A DNA stretch of 60,858 nucleotides, filler included, from Guillardia theta CCMP2712 (GCF_000315625.1; 3 parts of 3 records of this genome joined end to end with filler, not necessarily neighbours in it), one strand, 5' to 3'. Shown: positions 13,805-26,073, counted from the whole stretch's first letter. Numbers and translations are program-made. Notes: generated by a model from the sequence alone, not told the origin.

Positions 13805-14533
13805 CCTAGATCAGCCCAGACGTCCCGGTGTAACCGTGTGTACTGGAACGGTTGCAATCGGATGTTTCCTTTCTCTTACCGTACTTTCTCTTCCTTCTTC
13901 CTTACTCTCCTCATTCTCTTTCTCAACCCTCTCACTTCCATTTCTATCCTCTCTGTCACTCACTGACACTCAGGCCTACGGAAATTCATAAATACGGGGG
14001 CTTACTAGTCCCGGCACTGCGAACCAAAACGCCCCTTAACTTGCCAAGTCGATCAAGTTTCAAACCGTTTCGAGGCTCTGTCCGATCATGAGCAAAAACT
14101 CCCGGTAGTAGCGGCTCGCCGGTCACTGAGTCAATTTCAAGGCTGGCACTGCAGGCTTGAGCGGCGGCCGCCTGCCACCGGCGTCCGATCACCGGCGGGC
14201 CCGCGGGCGGCGGCCCGGGCCGCTCTCCGGGTGAACGTTCACTCGGATCGCCGGACGGCCCCGCCCGAGCCTGTTAGTCACTCTGAGTTGCGGGCCGGGC
14301 CGCCCGGCCGCCGACCCGGGCGGCCCTGGCTGACTCGGCCTTCGGGCCTGCCAGGGCCGTGTGTCGGACAGTCCGATACGGTCTGTGATCGGACCGACTT
14401 AGTGAGGTAGAGCTTAATTTGAAAATTTCCCTTTAGATTTCGGAAGTTTTCTTCATTTTTCAAATTGTTTATGAATGAAGATGCGGGCAGTTATATTCCG
14501 TTACGATTGCCCGGGAAGGACCGAAGAGTCGCG

Positions 14534-15138
14534 ATGGTAAGTGAGCGGTTGTGGGAATGCAAGGAGGGGTGGGGATGTTGAGTGGGAGATGCTCATGGGC
14601 AGAAGACGCATTGGAACAGGAGGAGACGAGGAGGAAAAGAGGTGGAGGATGGGAAGGATCTGATGAAGGGGAGGGATAATATGGAGCTAGTTTCGCTCCA
14701 ATTTGCTGGGATGCACAGCTGTTAGGATATGTGCAGGTTGAGATTTAACAGATTCATGCAGATCACAAAGTTGGTCCAACAAATGCTCCAGTTCACGGGG
14801 ATGGGAGGGCCGATGGGTGTTTACGACGAGTATGATACGTGAGCATAGGTCTGTTTGGATACTTGTAACTGACTGGTGTTGGTTGCAGCGGAGTATGCGG
14901 AGACGGGGGCACAAACTGTGTCGCGAGAGACAATGAGGGCTACTACGGGCTGAAAGGAGTCGATCCTTCTCTCATTGGCGACGACGGTGAGCATAACCCA
15001 AAAAATTGTGTTGACGGGTGGGTTTCTCAGGTCAGTATGTGATGCATGTTGGTGTTGGCAGGTTCGGTTGCTTGTCCTCCAGCCTTTGATTGCAACGGAG
15101 TAGCTCCTCAGTTCTGGCATCCAAACAACTACATCTGA
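14534..15138 (+). CDS. Small (~94 aa) multi-exon hypothetical protein, absent from the ORF track
   Basis: ATG|GTAAGT at 14534. Exons 14691-14720, 14762-14838, 14889-14986 and 15062-15138 are all GT-AG and phase-consistent, giving MFRSNLLGCTAITKLVQQMLQFTGMGGPMGVYDEYDTGVCGDGGTNCVARDNEGYYGLKGVDPSLIGDDGSVACPPAFDCNGVAPQFWHPNNYI. Confidence 0.6.
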
Positions 15139-15562
15139 GGAGTGCATTGTAACAACAGTATCTGGTGGAGCATCGAAGGATGACATGGGCGCGGCATTTG
15201 GGTTCAACATGTAGTTTTTGTCATAGAAAAACAGAGCAAAGGCCTTGAAGGGGTCGAGCTGTGATTACCATCGCAGAGCACAAACTGAGCAAGACAATGA
15301 AAATGTGTAGGAAATGGTTTATGCAGCATTCACAGGCATCCTACTTCTCTCTTTTTCAAAATTCAAAACTCTTCCAGGCCCTTACACAATCGGCTGCGGG
15401 TTTGCCTCTCCTTTGACCCGCTTGCTCTTTCCTCGTGCTCCAACCCCCGTCTTGCGGAATACCTGTGTATGGCTTCAGCAGAGGAGGGAGGGAGGGAGGG
15501 AGGGAGGGAGGGAGGCAGGGAGGGAGGGGTTGAACAGCTAAGGGATTTCAAAGGTGCAAGTG

Positions 15563-15662
15563 NNNNNNNNNNNNNNNNNNNNNNNNNNNNNNNNNNNNNN
15601 NNNNNNTTAATTAATTAANNNNNNNNNNNNNNNNNNNNNNNNNNNNNNNNNNNNNNNNNNNN
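15563..15662. other. Assembly gap with artificial TTAATTAATTAA linker
   Basis: N-run, 12-mer with stops in all six frames, N-run; total 100 nt. The same structure occurs at 44323-44422. Confidence 0.9.
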
Positions 15663-17613
15663 CTCGACGCCTTCGCCTCCAGCTCCCGCTGCTCCTGCAG
15701 CAGCCTCGCTTGCTCCTCTTTCTCTCGCGTCACCGACGAGATAAACTCGTCCAGCAGCACCGCCACCACGATGTTCACCAGGATGATCGTCGCTATGATC
15801 ACGTACGAGATCGAGAAGAGCGCCACCCGCCGGTTCAGGTTCCCTGCCTCCGCGTCGTCCGGCCCAACCTCGTCGAACAGCGTCCGCGATACCGAGCTTG
15901 CCCACGAGTCTCCCGTCATGATCTGGAACACTGCCATCCTCTCCGTCAGTCCTCCCTCCCTTCCTCTCCCCCTCTTCTCCTCTCCTTACTTGTGCTGTCC
16001 CCTCAGTCCAGCCCCGTCCCGCGTCCCCCGCCCACCGCGTCCACACGCCCCCATCCAGCCCCGCAGCAATGCATAAAACACTCCCGTCAGACNNNNNNNN
16101 NNNNNNNNNNNNNNNNNNNNNNNNNNNNNNNNNNNNNNNNNNNNNNNNNNNNNNNNNNNNNNNNNNNNNNNNNNNNNNNNNNNNNNNNNNNNTGCCTGCC
16201 CTTCCCCTCATTCCCCTTCCCTCCCTTTTCGTTCCCTCTTCCCTTCCCCTCCTCTGTCCTGCCCCTCTCCTCCCCCGCCCTGCCTCTGCTTACAAGAGCG
16301 ACGCGCTGAAGGACCCGAAGAAGTTCTTGTCGTAGTCCTTGAACAGATGCGTCCCCAGGATCGCGTAGAAGCACGACACCAGCAGCAGCAGCATGAACGC
16401 GTTCATCAGCGGCACCACCGCCCTCCCCAGCGCCGTGATGATTCTGTTCAAGCTCTTCACCTGTCGGAACACAAGCGCTACCCTGTACCTCCCTGTCAGC
16501 CTCCCGTCTCCTCACCAGCCTCGCCCCTCCCTCCTCCTTCCTCCTGACCTGAAGATCCGCACAAGCCCCAACACCTTCAGCTGCGGGTCTGTCTCGAAGC
16601 CAAGCGAGACTAACGAGACAACGACGACCATGAGGTCCATGATGTTCCAGGGGTCTGAGTAGAAGGGCTTGAAGTGGTTCTCGGACATGGCGAACGCTGC
16701 TACCGACACCTCTACTGTGAAGAAAGCTGTAACAAGTATCCCTACCGTCCTCACAAACACTCCATCGCTTGATGATGCCTCGGGCAGGCTCTCGGCCTCG
16801 TACACATCCACGAAGAAGTTGAGCAAGATCAGCACTGACATCACTGCACGCACCCGTCAGTACCGACGTGTCTGCCTTCCCTCTCTGCACTTCCTCCTAC
16901 TCTTGCTTGTCCTGCTTCTCCTCCTGCCTTCCTTCTCACTGCTTACCTATGTGTGTTGTCCGCGCCTTGATCAGCTTCTTCGCCTTGAAGCGCAGCCACA
17001 GATACTTGCTGTCCCCGATCTCTTGCAGCTCTTGCTCTTGCCGCTTCGCCTTCATCGCCAGCTTCAGCCCCGTCGACATGTCCTTGTGCCATTCAAGGCA
17101 CTCCGCCTCCGTCTTCATCCGATACACGTACGTACGCCCGGAGTTGTGTCCTCCCTCTACCGTGCGGATGATGAGGCAAAGCTTCTCCTCGCGCTCGCTC
17201 TTGTTCTCCCCCTCCATCATCAGCTGCACCACCTCATGCAGCGGGATGTAGTCGATCACGGTCTCGTCGTCCTCGATGACGCCATCGTCGTTGAGGAAGC
17301 AGATCATGCGGTCGGTGAGGACGACGCCTTGTGTCTTCCATGTGACGACTGTACCAGCGATCTTCTTCTCGAGGATGCCAGATCGAAGCTGCTTGCCGCA
17401 TTCCTTCAACACGAGCTCTTCAGACATGCTCCCATGTGTGCTATGATCGTTTGCTATGACCTGTCCAAAGGAAGGTTTCTGGTTCTCATTTTGTTGTTCC
17501 ATCAGCATCCGCATGCTCGCAGCCTTCTTCATCTCGGCATTGCTCTGCATGTTGGATGATTTCCCTTCCTCGGCTTTCCCCGACATCGTTCGCGACATCA
17601 GCGCCGCAGCCAT
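15663..17613 (-). CDS. PH domain + single-domain 6TM voltage-gated cation channel (Ion_trans), copy A; 3' end lost in gap
   Basis: PH motifs RSGILEKK...WKTQGVVLT...GRTYVYR...ECLEW; S1 VMSVLILLNFF; S2 FFTVE; S3 SDPWNIMD; S4 KVLGLVRIFR; pore FQIMTGDSW; S6 ILVNIVVAVLLDEF. Confidence 0.85.
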
Positions 17614-17879
17614 CTCGCGCCTGTCAAGAGACTACCCCTTCGCCCCTACCCCCTTCTTTCACTACAACACACCTCTATTGGTGCCTTTCGAACATACCCT
17701 ACCCCCTCTGTTTGTCATTCGCTCGGTACAGATTTGTATCTTCCACCCCACCCATTGCCTGCAAATCAGGAAGCAACTTTTTGAGAAAGGGTACCCTACC
17801 CCAGTTCCCTTTTAATTCTCCGACATGTACCCCTTCCTCTACGTCGCTGACTGGCTGCCCTCAATATCTAACATGCTCG

Positions 17880-18460
17880 AACATGATTGAGCGAGTAGAG
17901 CGAGCTTGTCTTGTCTCTCAACATGATTGAGCGAGTAGAGCGAGCTTGTCTTGTCTCTCAACATGATTGAGCGAGTAGAGCGAGCTTGTCTTGTCTCTCA
18001 ACATGATTGAGCGAGTAGAGCGAGCTTGTCTTGTATCTCAACATGATTGAGCGAGTAGAGCGAGCTTGTCTTGTCTCTCAACATGATTGAGCGAGTAGAG
18101 CGAGCTTGTCTTGTCTCTCAACATGATTGAGCGAGTAGAGCGAGCTTGTCTTGTCTCTCAACATGATTGAGCGAGTAGAGCGAGCTTGTCTTGTCTCTCA
18201 ACATGATTGAGCGAGTAGAGCGAGCTTGTCTTGTCTCTCAACATGATTGAGCGAGTAGAGCGAGCTTGTCTTGTCTCTCAACATGATTGAGCGAGTAGAG
18301 CGAGCTTGCCTTGTCTCTCAACATGATTGAGCGAGTAGAGCGAGCTTGCCTTGTCTCTCAACATGATTGAGCGAGTAGAGCGAGCTTGTCTTGTCTCTCA
18401 ACATGATTGAGCGAGTAGAGCGAGCTTGTCTTGTCTCTCAACATGATTGAGCGAGTAGAG
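17880..18460. repeat. 40-bp tandem minisatellite, ~14.5 copies
   Basis: ACATGATTGAGCGAGTAGAGCGAGCTTGTCTTGTCTCTCA repeated head-to-tail with rare substitutions and no spacers. Confidence 0.95.
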
Positions 18461-18688
18461 CATGCTTCTCACGGATGGACCAGGCAAGCATCCTTGGGGA
18501 CGATGAGACTGAGAGATAAACCACGTTACTTGTTGTATTTGAAAAACGTACTTGAGCATCAACACAAAAGTCAATGAAAAAAATGTTGTTTTCATGCTGC
18601 AGAGGAACATTATGGCAAAATGAGCAGCAAAGGGAGGAAAATTGAGTCGGGGATTGTGATGTCGATGTTAACAGAGCCATTACTATTG

Positions 18689-21600
18689 TCAAAACACTGA
18701 TGACAACTGTCGCTTTGGTTTGTTCGATCGGTTCGACTGAGGTCCGGCATCTCGGGTCACAAGCAGGTAATCAGTTGTGCTGGTGGTCTTGTTGCTGCCC
18801 CTGATACTCTCTCTTCGAGCTCGTTCAATTTCCATGAGACTTGTATGAGTTCCGCCGCTTGCTCCCTGATAGTCCCCCTTGACAGCTTCAGGCCCCCTCC
18901 TCGCCTTCTCCTTGCTGCCGTTCGCCTTGACGTTTGTGATCCAGTCATCCAGGTCCTTGCGCGTGAAGGTCGAGTTCGCCCTCGGCCTTCCATTTGCTTG
19001 AGCGCGCGGAGCTCCTCCTTCAGACGCTCTGCCATTGGTGGGAGGAGGAAAACGGACAGAGTTGTAAAGATTCTGGACGACAGAACTCATACAGCAATCC
19101 AACAGATCGTACGACACCTGAGACTCCGGGGAATTGACAGATCCGATGCGGTAAGGCCCAACCACTTGACTTTGATTCAACTGTAAACATGTCAGAAAAG
19201 TACAACAAAAAGAAGCATTAGCAGAGAATACATCGTTCAGTGAACCTCCCATGTTCTGTCACCGCAACAAAAACCATCATAAGGGTATAAACAAACAACT
19301 CAGATGTTCTTACAGCAACATTCCTCGATTTGCTCGGCAACTGTTTGACAACAGCAGGCGCATCCAAAGCAGCCTCTCTCGCCCCTCCAATCAACCCCCG
19401 CAGTTCCGAGATCTGATCCCCTAGCTCCTTGCACATCCTCTCTACCTTCTCCCCCACCCCCTCTACCTCCGCCTGCTGCTTCTCCATCTGCTTCATCCCC
19501 GCATGGATCTCGTCCACCGTCATCGTCAGCAGCTTCAGCATGAACAAGATCGAGTGATCCCTGTACCCCCACCCTTCCCGTCAGACGCCGCCCTCCTCCC
19601 TCCCTCCCTCCTCTTGCCCCTCCGCCCCATACACACCCTCTGCTGATCCTCGTCCCTCCCCCTCCCCCTCCCTCCCCCTCGCTACTTACTCCTTCCTCTC
19701 CGTCTCCGACATGGCGTTGGCGACGCATCGCTGAGCGTATCGCTTCAGCTCTCCCTTCATCCTGTACCGCCAACACCATCGTCACCGCCCCGCGCCCTAC
19801 GCCCCCTTCTCTCTCCTCTTCCCCCCCTTCCCCCCTCTCCCCCCAGTCCTGCCTGCCCCTCCTCCCTTCCCCCCCTTGCCTCACATGGACTGGAACTGGT
19901 CCGCGTCGAACTCCCCATCCTCCTTGCAAAGGTTTCCTCCCTCCGTGATGATGTCATAGTCGTCCAGCGTCAGATGGATCGGCGTCGGCAGCGGGAGCTG
20001 CTTCAGCCCCGCGTTCAGCTCGTGGAAGTCCAGCCCGCCGCCCCTGCCGCCTCCTCTCAGATGGCAAGTCGCGAGCTCCCCTTCCCTCTTCCTGCTCCCC
20101 TACCCTCATCTGCCTTCTGCTGTCTCTTCCCTTCCTCTTTCATGCCCTCCCACTGCCTCCCTCTGCCTTACCCGTCGGCGTCAAGCATCGCGTACAGCTG
20201 CTTGATCCGACTCGACAAGTCCACGTTGTCGTTGAACGACGAGATCGACACCAGCAGCGGGTCCAGCACCCCTGAGATCCTCGACGCCTTCGCCTCCAGC
20301 TCCCGCTGCTCCTGCAGCAGCCTCGCTTGCTCCTCTTTCTCTCGCGTCACCGACGAGATAAACTCGTCCAGCAGCACCGCCACCACGATGTTCACCAGGA
20401 TGATCGTCGCTATGATCACGTACGAGATCGAGAAGAGCGCCACCCGCCGGTTCAGGTTCCCTGCCTCCGCGTCGTCCGGCCCAACCTCGTCGAACAGCGT
20501 CCGCGATACCGAGCTTGCCCACGAGTCTCCCGTCATGATCTGGAACACTGCCATCCTCTCCGTCAGTTCTCCCTCCCTTCCTCTCCCCCTCCTCTCCTCT
20601 CCTTACTTGTGCTGTCCCCTCAGTCCAGCCCCGTCCCGCGTCCCCCGCCCACCGCGTCCGCACGCCCCCATCCAGCCCCGCAGCAATGCATAAAACACTC
20701 CCGTCAGACCCTGATCCGCCTCCCAGCCCCCAGCCCTCCCCCTCTCAGCCTTTCTCTCCTGCTCCCTGCCTGCCCTTCCCCTCATTTCCCTTCCCTTCCT
20801 TTCCCTTCCCTCCCCTTTCCCTTCCCTCCCTTCTCCATCCCCTCCTCTGTCCTGCCCCTCTCCTCCCCCGCCCTGCCTCTGCTTACAAGAGCGACGCGCT
20901 GAAGGACCCGAAGAAGTTCTTGTCGTAGTCCTTGAACAGATGCGTCCCCAGGATACCCTCGAAGCTCGACACCTCATCCATCAGCATGAACGATGGACCT
21001 CTCCTGCCACACCGCTCTCCCCGGGGCCGTGATCATCCTCGATCAAGCTCCTCACCTGAGCAACTGTGTCGACTACGCTGTACCTCGACTGTCAGCCTCC
21101 CGTCTCNNNNNNNNNNNNNNNNNNNNNNNNNNNNNNNNNNNNNNNNNNNNNNNNNNNNNNNNNNNNNNNNNNNNNNNNNNNNNNNNNNNNNNNNNNNNNN
21201 NNNNNNACGAGCGAGACAACGACGACCATGAGGTCCATGATGTTCCAGGGGTCTGAGTAGAAGGGCTTGAAGTGGTTCTCGGACATGGCGAACGCTGCTA
21301 CCGACACCTCTACTGTGAAGAAAGCTGTAACAAGTATCCCTACCGTCCTCACAAACACTCCATCGCTTGATGATGCCTCGGGCAGGCTCTCGGCCTCGTA
21401 CACATCCACGAAGAAGTTGAGCAAGATCAGCACTGACATCACTGCACGCACCCGTCAGTACCGACGTGTCTGCCTAAGAAGTTGAGCAAGATCAGCACTG
21501 ACATCACTGCACGCACCCGTCAGTACCGACGTGTCTGCCTTCCCTCTCTGCACTTCCTCCTACTCTTGCTTGTCCTGCTTCTCCTCCTGCCTTCCTTCTC

Positions 21601-22204
21601 ACTGCTTACCTATGTGTGTTGTCCGCGCCTTGATCAGCTTCTTCGCCTTGAAGCGCAGCCACAGATACTTGCTGTCCCCGATCTCTTGCAGCTCTTGCTC
21701 TTGCCGCTTCGCCTTCATCGCCAGCTTCAGCCCCGTCGACATGTCCTTGTGCCATTCAAGGCACTCCGCCTCCGTCTTCATCCGATACACGTACGTACGC
21801 CCGGAGTTGTGTCCTCCCTCTACCGTGCGGATGATGAGGCAAAGCTTCTCCTCGCGCTCGCTCTTGTTCTCCCCCTCCATCATCAGCTGCACCACCTCAT
21901 GCAGCGGGATGTAGTCGATCACGGTCTCGTCGTCCTCGATGACGCCATCGTCGTTGAGGAAGCAGATCATGCGGTCGGTGAGGACGACGCCTTGTGTCTT
22001 CCATGTGACGACTGTACCAGCGATCTTCTTCTCGAGGATGCCAGATCGAAGCTGCTTGCCGCATTCTGCTAGTTTGTATTCTTGCTGTTCTTCTCCGCTG
22101 GATCTCGGTAAGGAGCTTGTTTTCTTCAAACTTTCGTTGGCTTGCATATTTGCGTGCATAGGGTCGTCCTGTCGACGAGAAGATGCGAAGAATATTGCTG
22201 CCAT
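18689..22204 (-). CDS. PH domain + single-domain voltage-gated cation channel + EF-hand + coiled coil, copy B (multi-exon)
   Basis: Nearly identical to copy A from ECGKQLRSG onward. Additional exons encode an EF-hand-like motif (LYAMLDADG..GGLDFHEL) and a coiled coil (19218-19547 ORF); probable terminal exon in the 18689-19252 ORF. Confidence 0.8.
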
Positions 22205-22277
22205 TTTGGTCTTCTGATAGAGTAGAGGAGACAAGCGGGGTGGGGAAACGAGAAGAGCAGAGGAGAGGATCGGATGG

Positions 22278-22459
22278 GAGAGAGGAGAGAGGAGAGGAGG
22301 AGAGAGGAGAGAGGAGAGAGGAGAGAGGAGAGAGGAGAGAGGAGAGAGGAGAGAGGAGAGAGGAGAGAGGAGAGAGGAGAGAGGAGAGAGGAGAGAGGAG
22401 AGAGGAGAGAGGAGAGAGGAGAGAGGAGAGAGGAGAGAGGAGAGAGGAGAGAGGAGAGG
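22278..22459. repeat. (GAGAGGA)n microsatellite
   Basis: Perfect heptamer run upstream of channel copy B. Confidence 0.95.
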
Positions 22460-23210
22460 AAGGCAAGGGAGAGGAAGGCAAGGGAGGAGAAGAATTTGAG
22501 TCTGAAAGGCAAGAGCTGTAGGCAACGCGTCAGGCTTCTACCATTGACTAGGCTTCATGACTACCACCCTTGCATTCGGGCGCCCTGGACCACCCCTGAT
22601 CCCGTGAGGTACCCTTGGGTATAAAACTGATAAGCACCCTTACTGCACACCTCAAAAGGACCCCACCTAGAGCACCCCCACGTCCACTGAAGACAAAATT
22701 CTTTTTGATAAATCGCAAGAAACGGTACTCTTTCTGACCGTGGAAGTTTAATTTTCCGCTTGAGTAAAGATAGTACTGGAGAGTTGAACATTGAGTAAAC
22801 GTTTCTATTGTTTTGTCACACATCGGAAGAATCTGCTACAGTGCTGCTAGAACCGTACCGTCAGGTCAAAGTGCTGTAACGGCCATGTAACGGCCTGCAA
22901 CTGGACAGAATCCGGTGAATGTTATCAAACACTCAGATTGGGAAGTTAGCCGGACAGAGGGCACGGCACTACTGCTGAGCCGCGTACCGGCGACTCTTCA
23001 CATAATGGCGGATGATGTGAGTACACAGCGATCACTGGAGGCGAGGAGGAGGCGAGGAGGAGGAGAGACGAGGAGACGGAGGCTTAGGGGGGCGAGGAGG
23101 TGTGAGGAGAGCAATAAAGGCCCATTTGAGTTCTTTTCTAGTCATGAATTTTCCGAGTTTAAGCAGATTGTAGCATATACAGCTTACAACCCGTGAAATA
23201 AAATTTGCTG

Positions 23211-23288
23211 ATTGATCTGGCCGCGCTATTTAAAGAAGTTAAATGTTTCATTGATCTGGCCGCGCTATATCAAGAAGTTAAATGTTTG
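23211..23288. repeat. 39-bp direct duplication
   Basis: ATTGATCTGGCCGCGCTAT..AAGAAGTTAAATGTTT occurs twice in tandem. Confidence 0.85.
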
Positions 23289-23424
23289 TGTATGCTGAAA
23301 TTTCAAGAAAACATAATTCTACTACTGCTTTCTTCCCCCCCAAAGCGATATGGAAATAGTGCATTAGACTTGATATTTACTTGCAATCAGCTTTGAGTTG
23401 TTGTGCTCCCTTCCAAAGTGACGA

Positions 23425-24290
23425 ATGTTGCAGGCAGGTCAGCCCCTGCGCGCATCAGGCGAGCTTCAGAAGCAGCTGCTTGCTCAGGTCCAAGTTTGTA
23501 TTGATGACGAAGATTGTTCAAGTGTGTGATACACAGGAGATCGTCAAATTGCGGAGAGAAGTCGCTTTGCTCCGAGCCTCTTCCGTCCCACCCGAGGCCT
23601 CCAAGCATGACGAAGAGGCGGTCAAAAAGGTGCACTCACACTAAAATTATCTGCATGACCTACTTGTTGCATGGCTGTTCAGCTGCGAGAAGAGATCGAG
23701 ACACTGCAATCATTGAAAGAGCAAACTATCAAGAATGTTAGCTCTGGTGTTCCTGTGCACCACCTCTTGACACCTTTGATAGGCAAACGTTCAAAAAGCA
23801 GTCTTGAACAAGGAGATTTTGACTCTGCGATCAGAATTGCAGGCAATCAAGGAAGAAAATGGATTTCATGTATGTAATCTGCGTCAAACACTCCTCCTAA
23901 ACTTGATGTCAGGATTTGGATCTTAACGAGATGAGAGCTATGGAGGCGCCAGAGACCCAAAAAGTTTACCAAATAACGTGTATCAGCACATCTGACGTTT
24001 TCATAGGAAATTGCAAATTCACTTTTTCAACGAAAACTCTTCGAAGAAAACTTTACAAGAGTGATACGAGATCTGCGCAAGGAGCTTGAGCAGGTAGTCT
24101 TCAATTTCATGCATCGAAAAGTAATGCGGCAAACAAGAACGATCTAAAGAAGCTTTCACAAACCTACCTTGCGTCCAATATTCAGACTACAATTCAGATT
24201 AGCAATGAGCGTATTGAAAAGGTGCTTGAGAATAATCACATCTCACATCCTCAAGCATTCTTTGGTGAGGCTGGTTCTAGGTGATGGAAG
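23425..24290 (+). CDS. Multi-exon coiled-coil hypothetical protein (boundaries approximate)
   Basis: Exon-like segments EIVKLRREVALLR, LREEIETLQSLKEQ and ILTLRSELQAIKEE separated by short GT-AG introns. Confidence 0.45.
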
Positions 24291-24319
24291 AAGCAGCTCA
24301 AGTTCCTGTGGAAAGCCGA

Positions 24320-26073
24320 CTGCATGTTGAAGCGTAAGGCTTGTAATTGAATCTTTCGTGCTTTCTGAAGATTCCGACATGACAGACTTCGTATTCTCAT
24401 GGAAAATGCAAAACTGCGAAAGGTTCTGAATGATTATTCGGTCATGAGAGCAACTTCGTTGATGGGAGCATAACGATGGTCTGCAGTCTGGAGTGCTGCG
24501 TAATACCATGGTGAAGATGAAGGTACAGCCCCTCGTATCTTCCTTGAAAGAGAACAGTCGGCCACTAATGATGAATGCGTAGGAGGGGGAAACATCACAG
24601 AGCTTTGGTTCTCTTCTTGGCTTATGATGACCTAAACATTTATTCATCTTGTACGAGCAAGAAGTTCTTGGACGAAGTGAGAATGTGTCCTTTCATGATG
24701 ACCAAACAACTCTAGACTACCTTCACCTTCAGCAGCACCTCCTCCGCTTTCGCTCGAAGCACTGAGCATTTCATCAACTCGAGTAAAGGATGCACAGCAC
24801 AACACCTCCCCAAAGTTGTTTCAGCTTCATCTGCGCTTTAGACCATGGAGTTGGAGGAGATACTTTCGATAAGGATTCCGCAAGTTTCTCATAAACAACC
24901 TGTGATTCATCTTAGCTTCTAGCCAGATTCTTTAGAATTCTACCTGATTATTCTGAAGGACTGCCTCAAGGTCCTCAGGTGATAAGATAAGCTCGGTCTG
25001 CTTCAAGGCATCTTGAACTACTTTCTTGCTGCAGCAGTTGTATTCAGTATCGTTTCAGGCAATAGCAGCCTGTCATACTCCAGTCTCCCTTGTCCATCCG
25101 TGTCAATCTTGCGGAAGAAATCGAGCCACTCATCCTTCACTCGCACGGATCTGAGAAGGAGATGAGCCGTGCAAACTGACGCCAACATCTATCAACCTTT
25201 CATTCTCCATTCTCATCGCCCAGAGATCTGCCCACAACTGCACAGTAATTCTCCTTGCGCGGGAAGGATCGGTCTTGACCGCAGTGCTGTACAATTCTGC
25301 AGCACCTGCAAAATCATCGCGAACCTGGATCCAATGAGTGAAACTTGTGACTGGCTAGATGAGAAGGAAACCGTGGAAAGAAAACATGCGTAGCCACAAA
25401 GAGCATCGACGTCTTTTGGATTGACTGCCAGGACCTGCATGAAAGAAGAATTTAACCTCAGATTCCCAGAATTCATTCAATCACCTGCTTGTATCTTTCC
25501 TCCTGCTCCGTCCTTCCGAGCCTTTGGCAAATTTATTGAACGATCAAGAACAAAACACGCATTGACCTTTCTGATCGACCAGGATTCTTATCCATAGCCT
25601 GACGGAACTTGCTGCTCCAGTTTACTTTCTTGTTTTGTTTCTGAACGCCAGGAGTCAAAGAATGATAGGCAATAGGAGTTGGCATCTACAACTCTCTCAT
25701 GATTCCTTGCTATTCCATCTCTCTTTACCACATACACTCAAGTAAAAGGATGACCTCAATCCCGTCGTCAGCTTGCATTCTCAAAGGCATGGTTCTTGGG
25801 GTAGCAATAACATAGCCCAAGGAGCCCCAGGAAGGAGGGCAAGCGCTGCTCGCCGCCAGCATCAAGTGGAACCTGTCAATTGGTTTGTCATAATCCCCCA
25901 ACTCTTGTTCTCAGATAAAAAAATCCTGAATATTCTGAATAATCCAAAGTCGTAACTAAAACCACCACAACTCTTCTCAATAGGTTCCATAGCTGTCTCA
26001 ATGTAATCCATGATTCCGTCAGCAATTGTCTCATGCATGCTGGTCCATTGACTTGTAGGACATCAGTTTTCAT
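24320..26073 (-). CDS. Multi-exon protein with TPR-like and EF-hand-like segments (boundaries approximate)
   Basis: YKQ/VLAVNPKDVDALCGYACFL is TPR-like; WLDFFRKIDTDGQGRL (~25085-25135) is EF-hand-like. Confidence 0.45.

Noticed and set aside
15607-15618. TTAATTAATTAA palindrome between N-runs (also at 44367-44378)
   Set aside because: Artificial six-frame-stop linker; true adjacency and distance across these gaps are not guaranteed.
8250-17613. Polycystin-like receptor and channel genes as a functional pair
   Set aside because: They are separated by another gene and a linker gap, and the channel is not TRPP-like; proximity alone is not evidence.
17880-18460. CRISPR-like appearance of the 40-bp array (and of the arrays at 39.4-40.1 kb and 48.3-50.0 kb)
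   Set aside because: Units are head-to-tail with no unique spacers, there are no cas genes, and the context is eukaryotic.
20945-21106. Apparently hypermutated S4-S5 exon in channel copy B
   Set aside because: It lies directly against an N gap while its flanks are near-identical to copy A; most likely a poor-quality consensus or gap fill rather than editing or diversification.
21414-21539. ~63-bp tandem duplication inside channel copy B
   Set aside because: Probably a contig-overlap artefact in a collapsed repeat; cannot be supported without reads.
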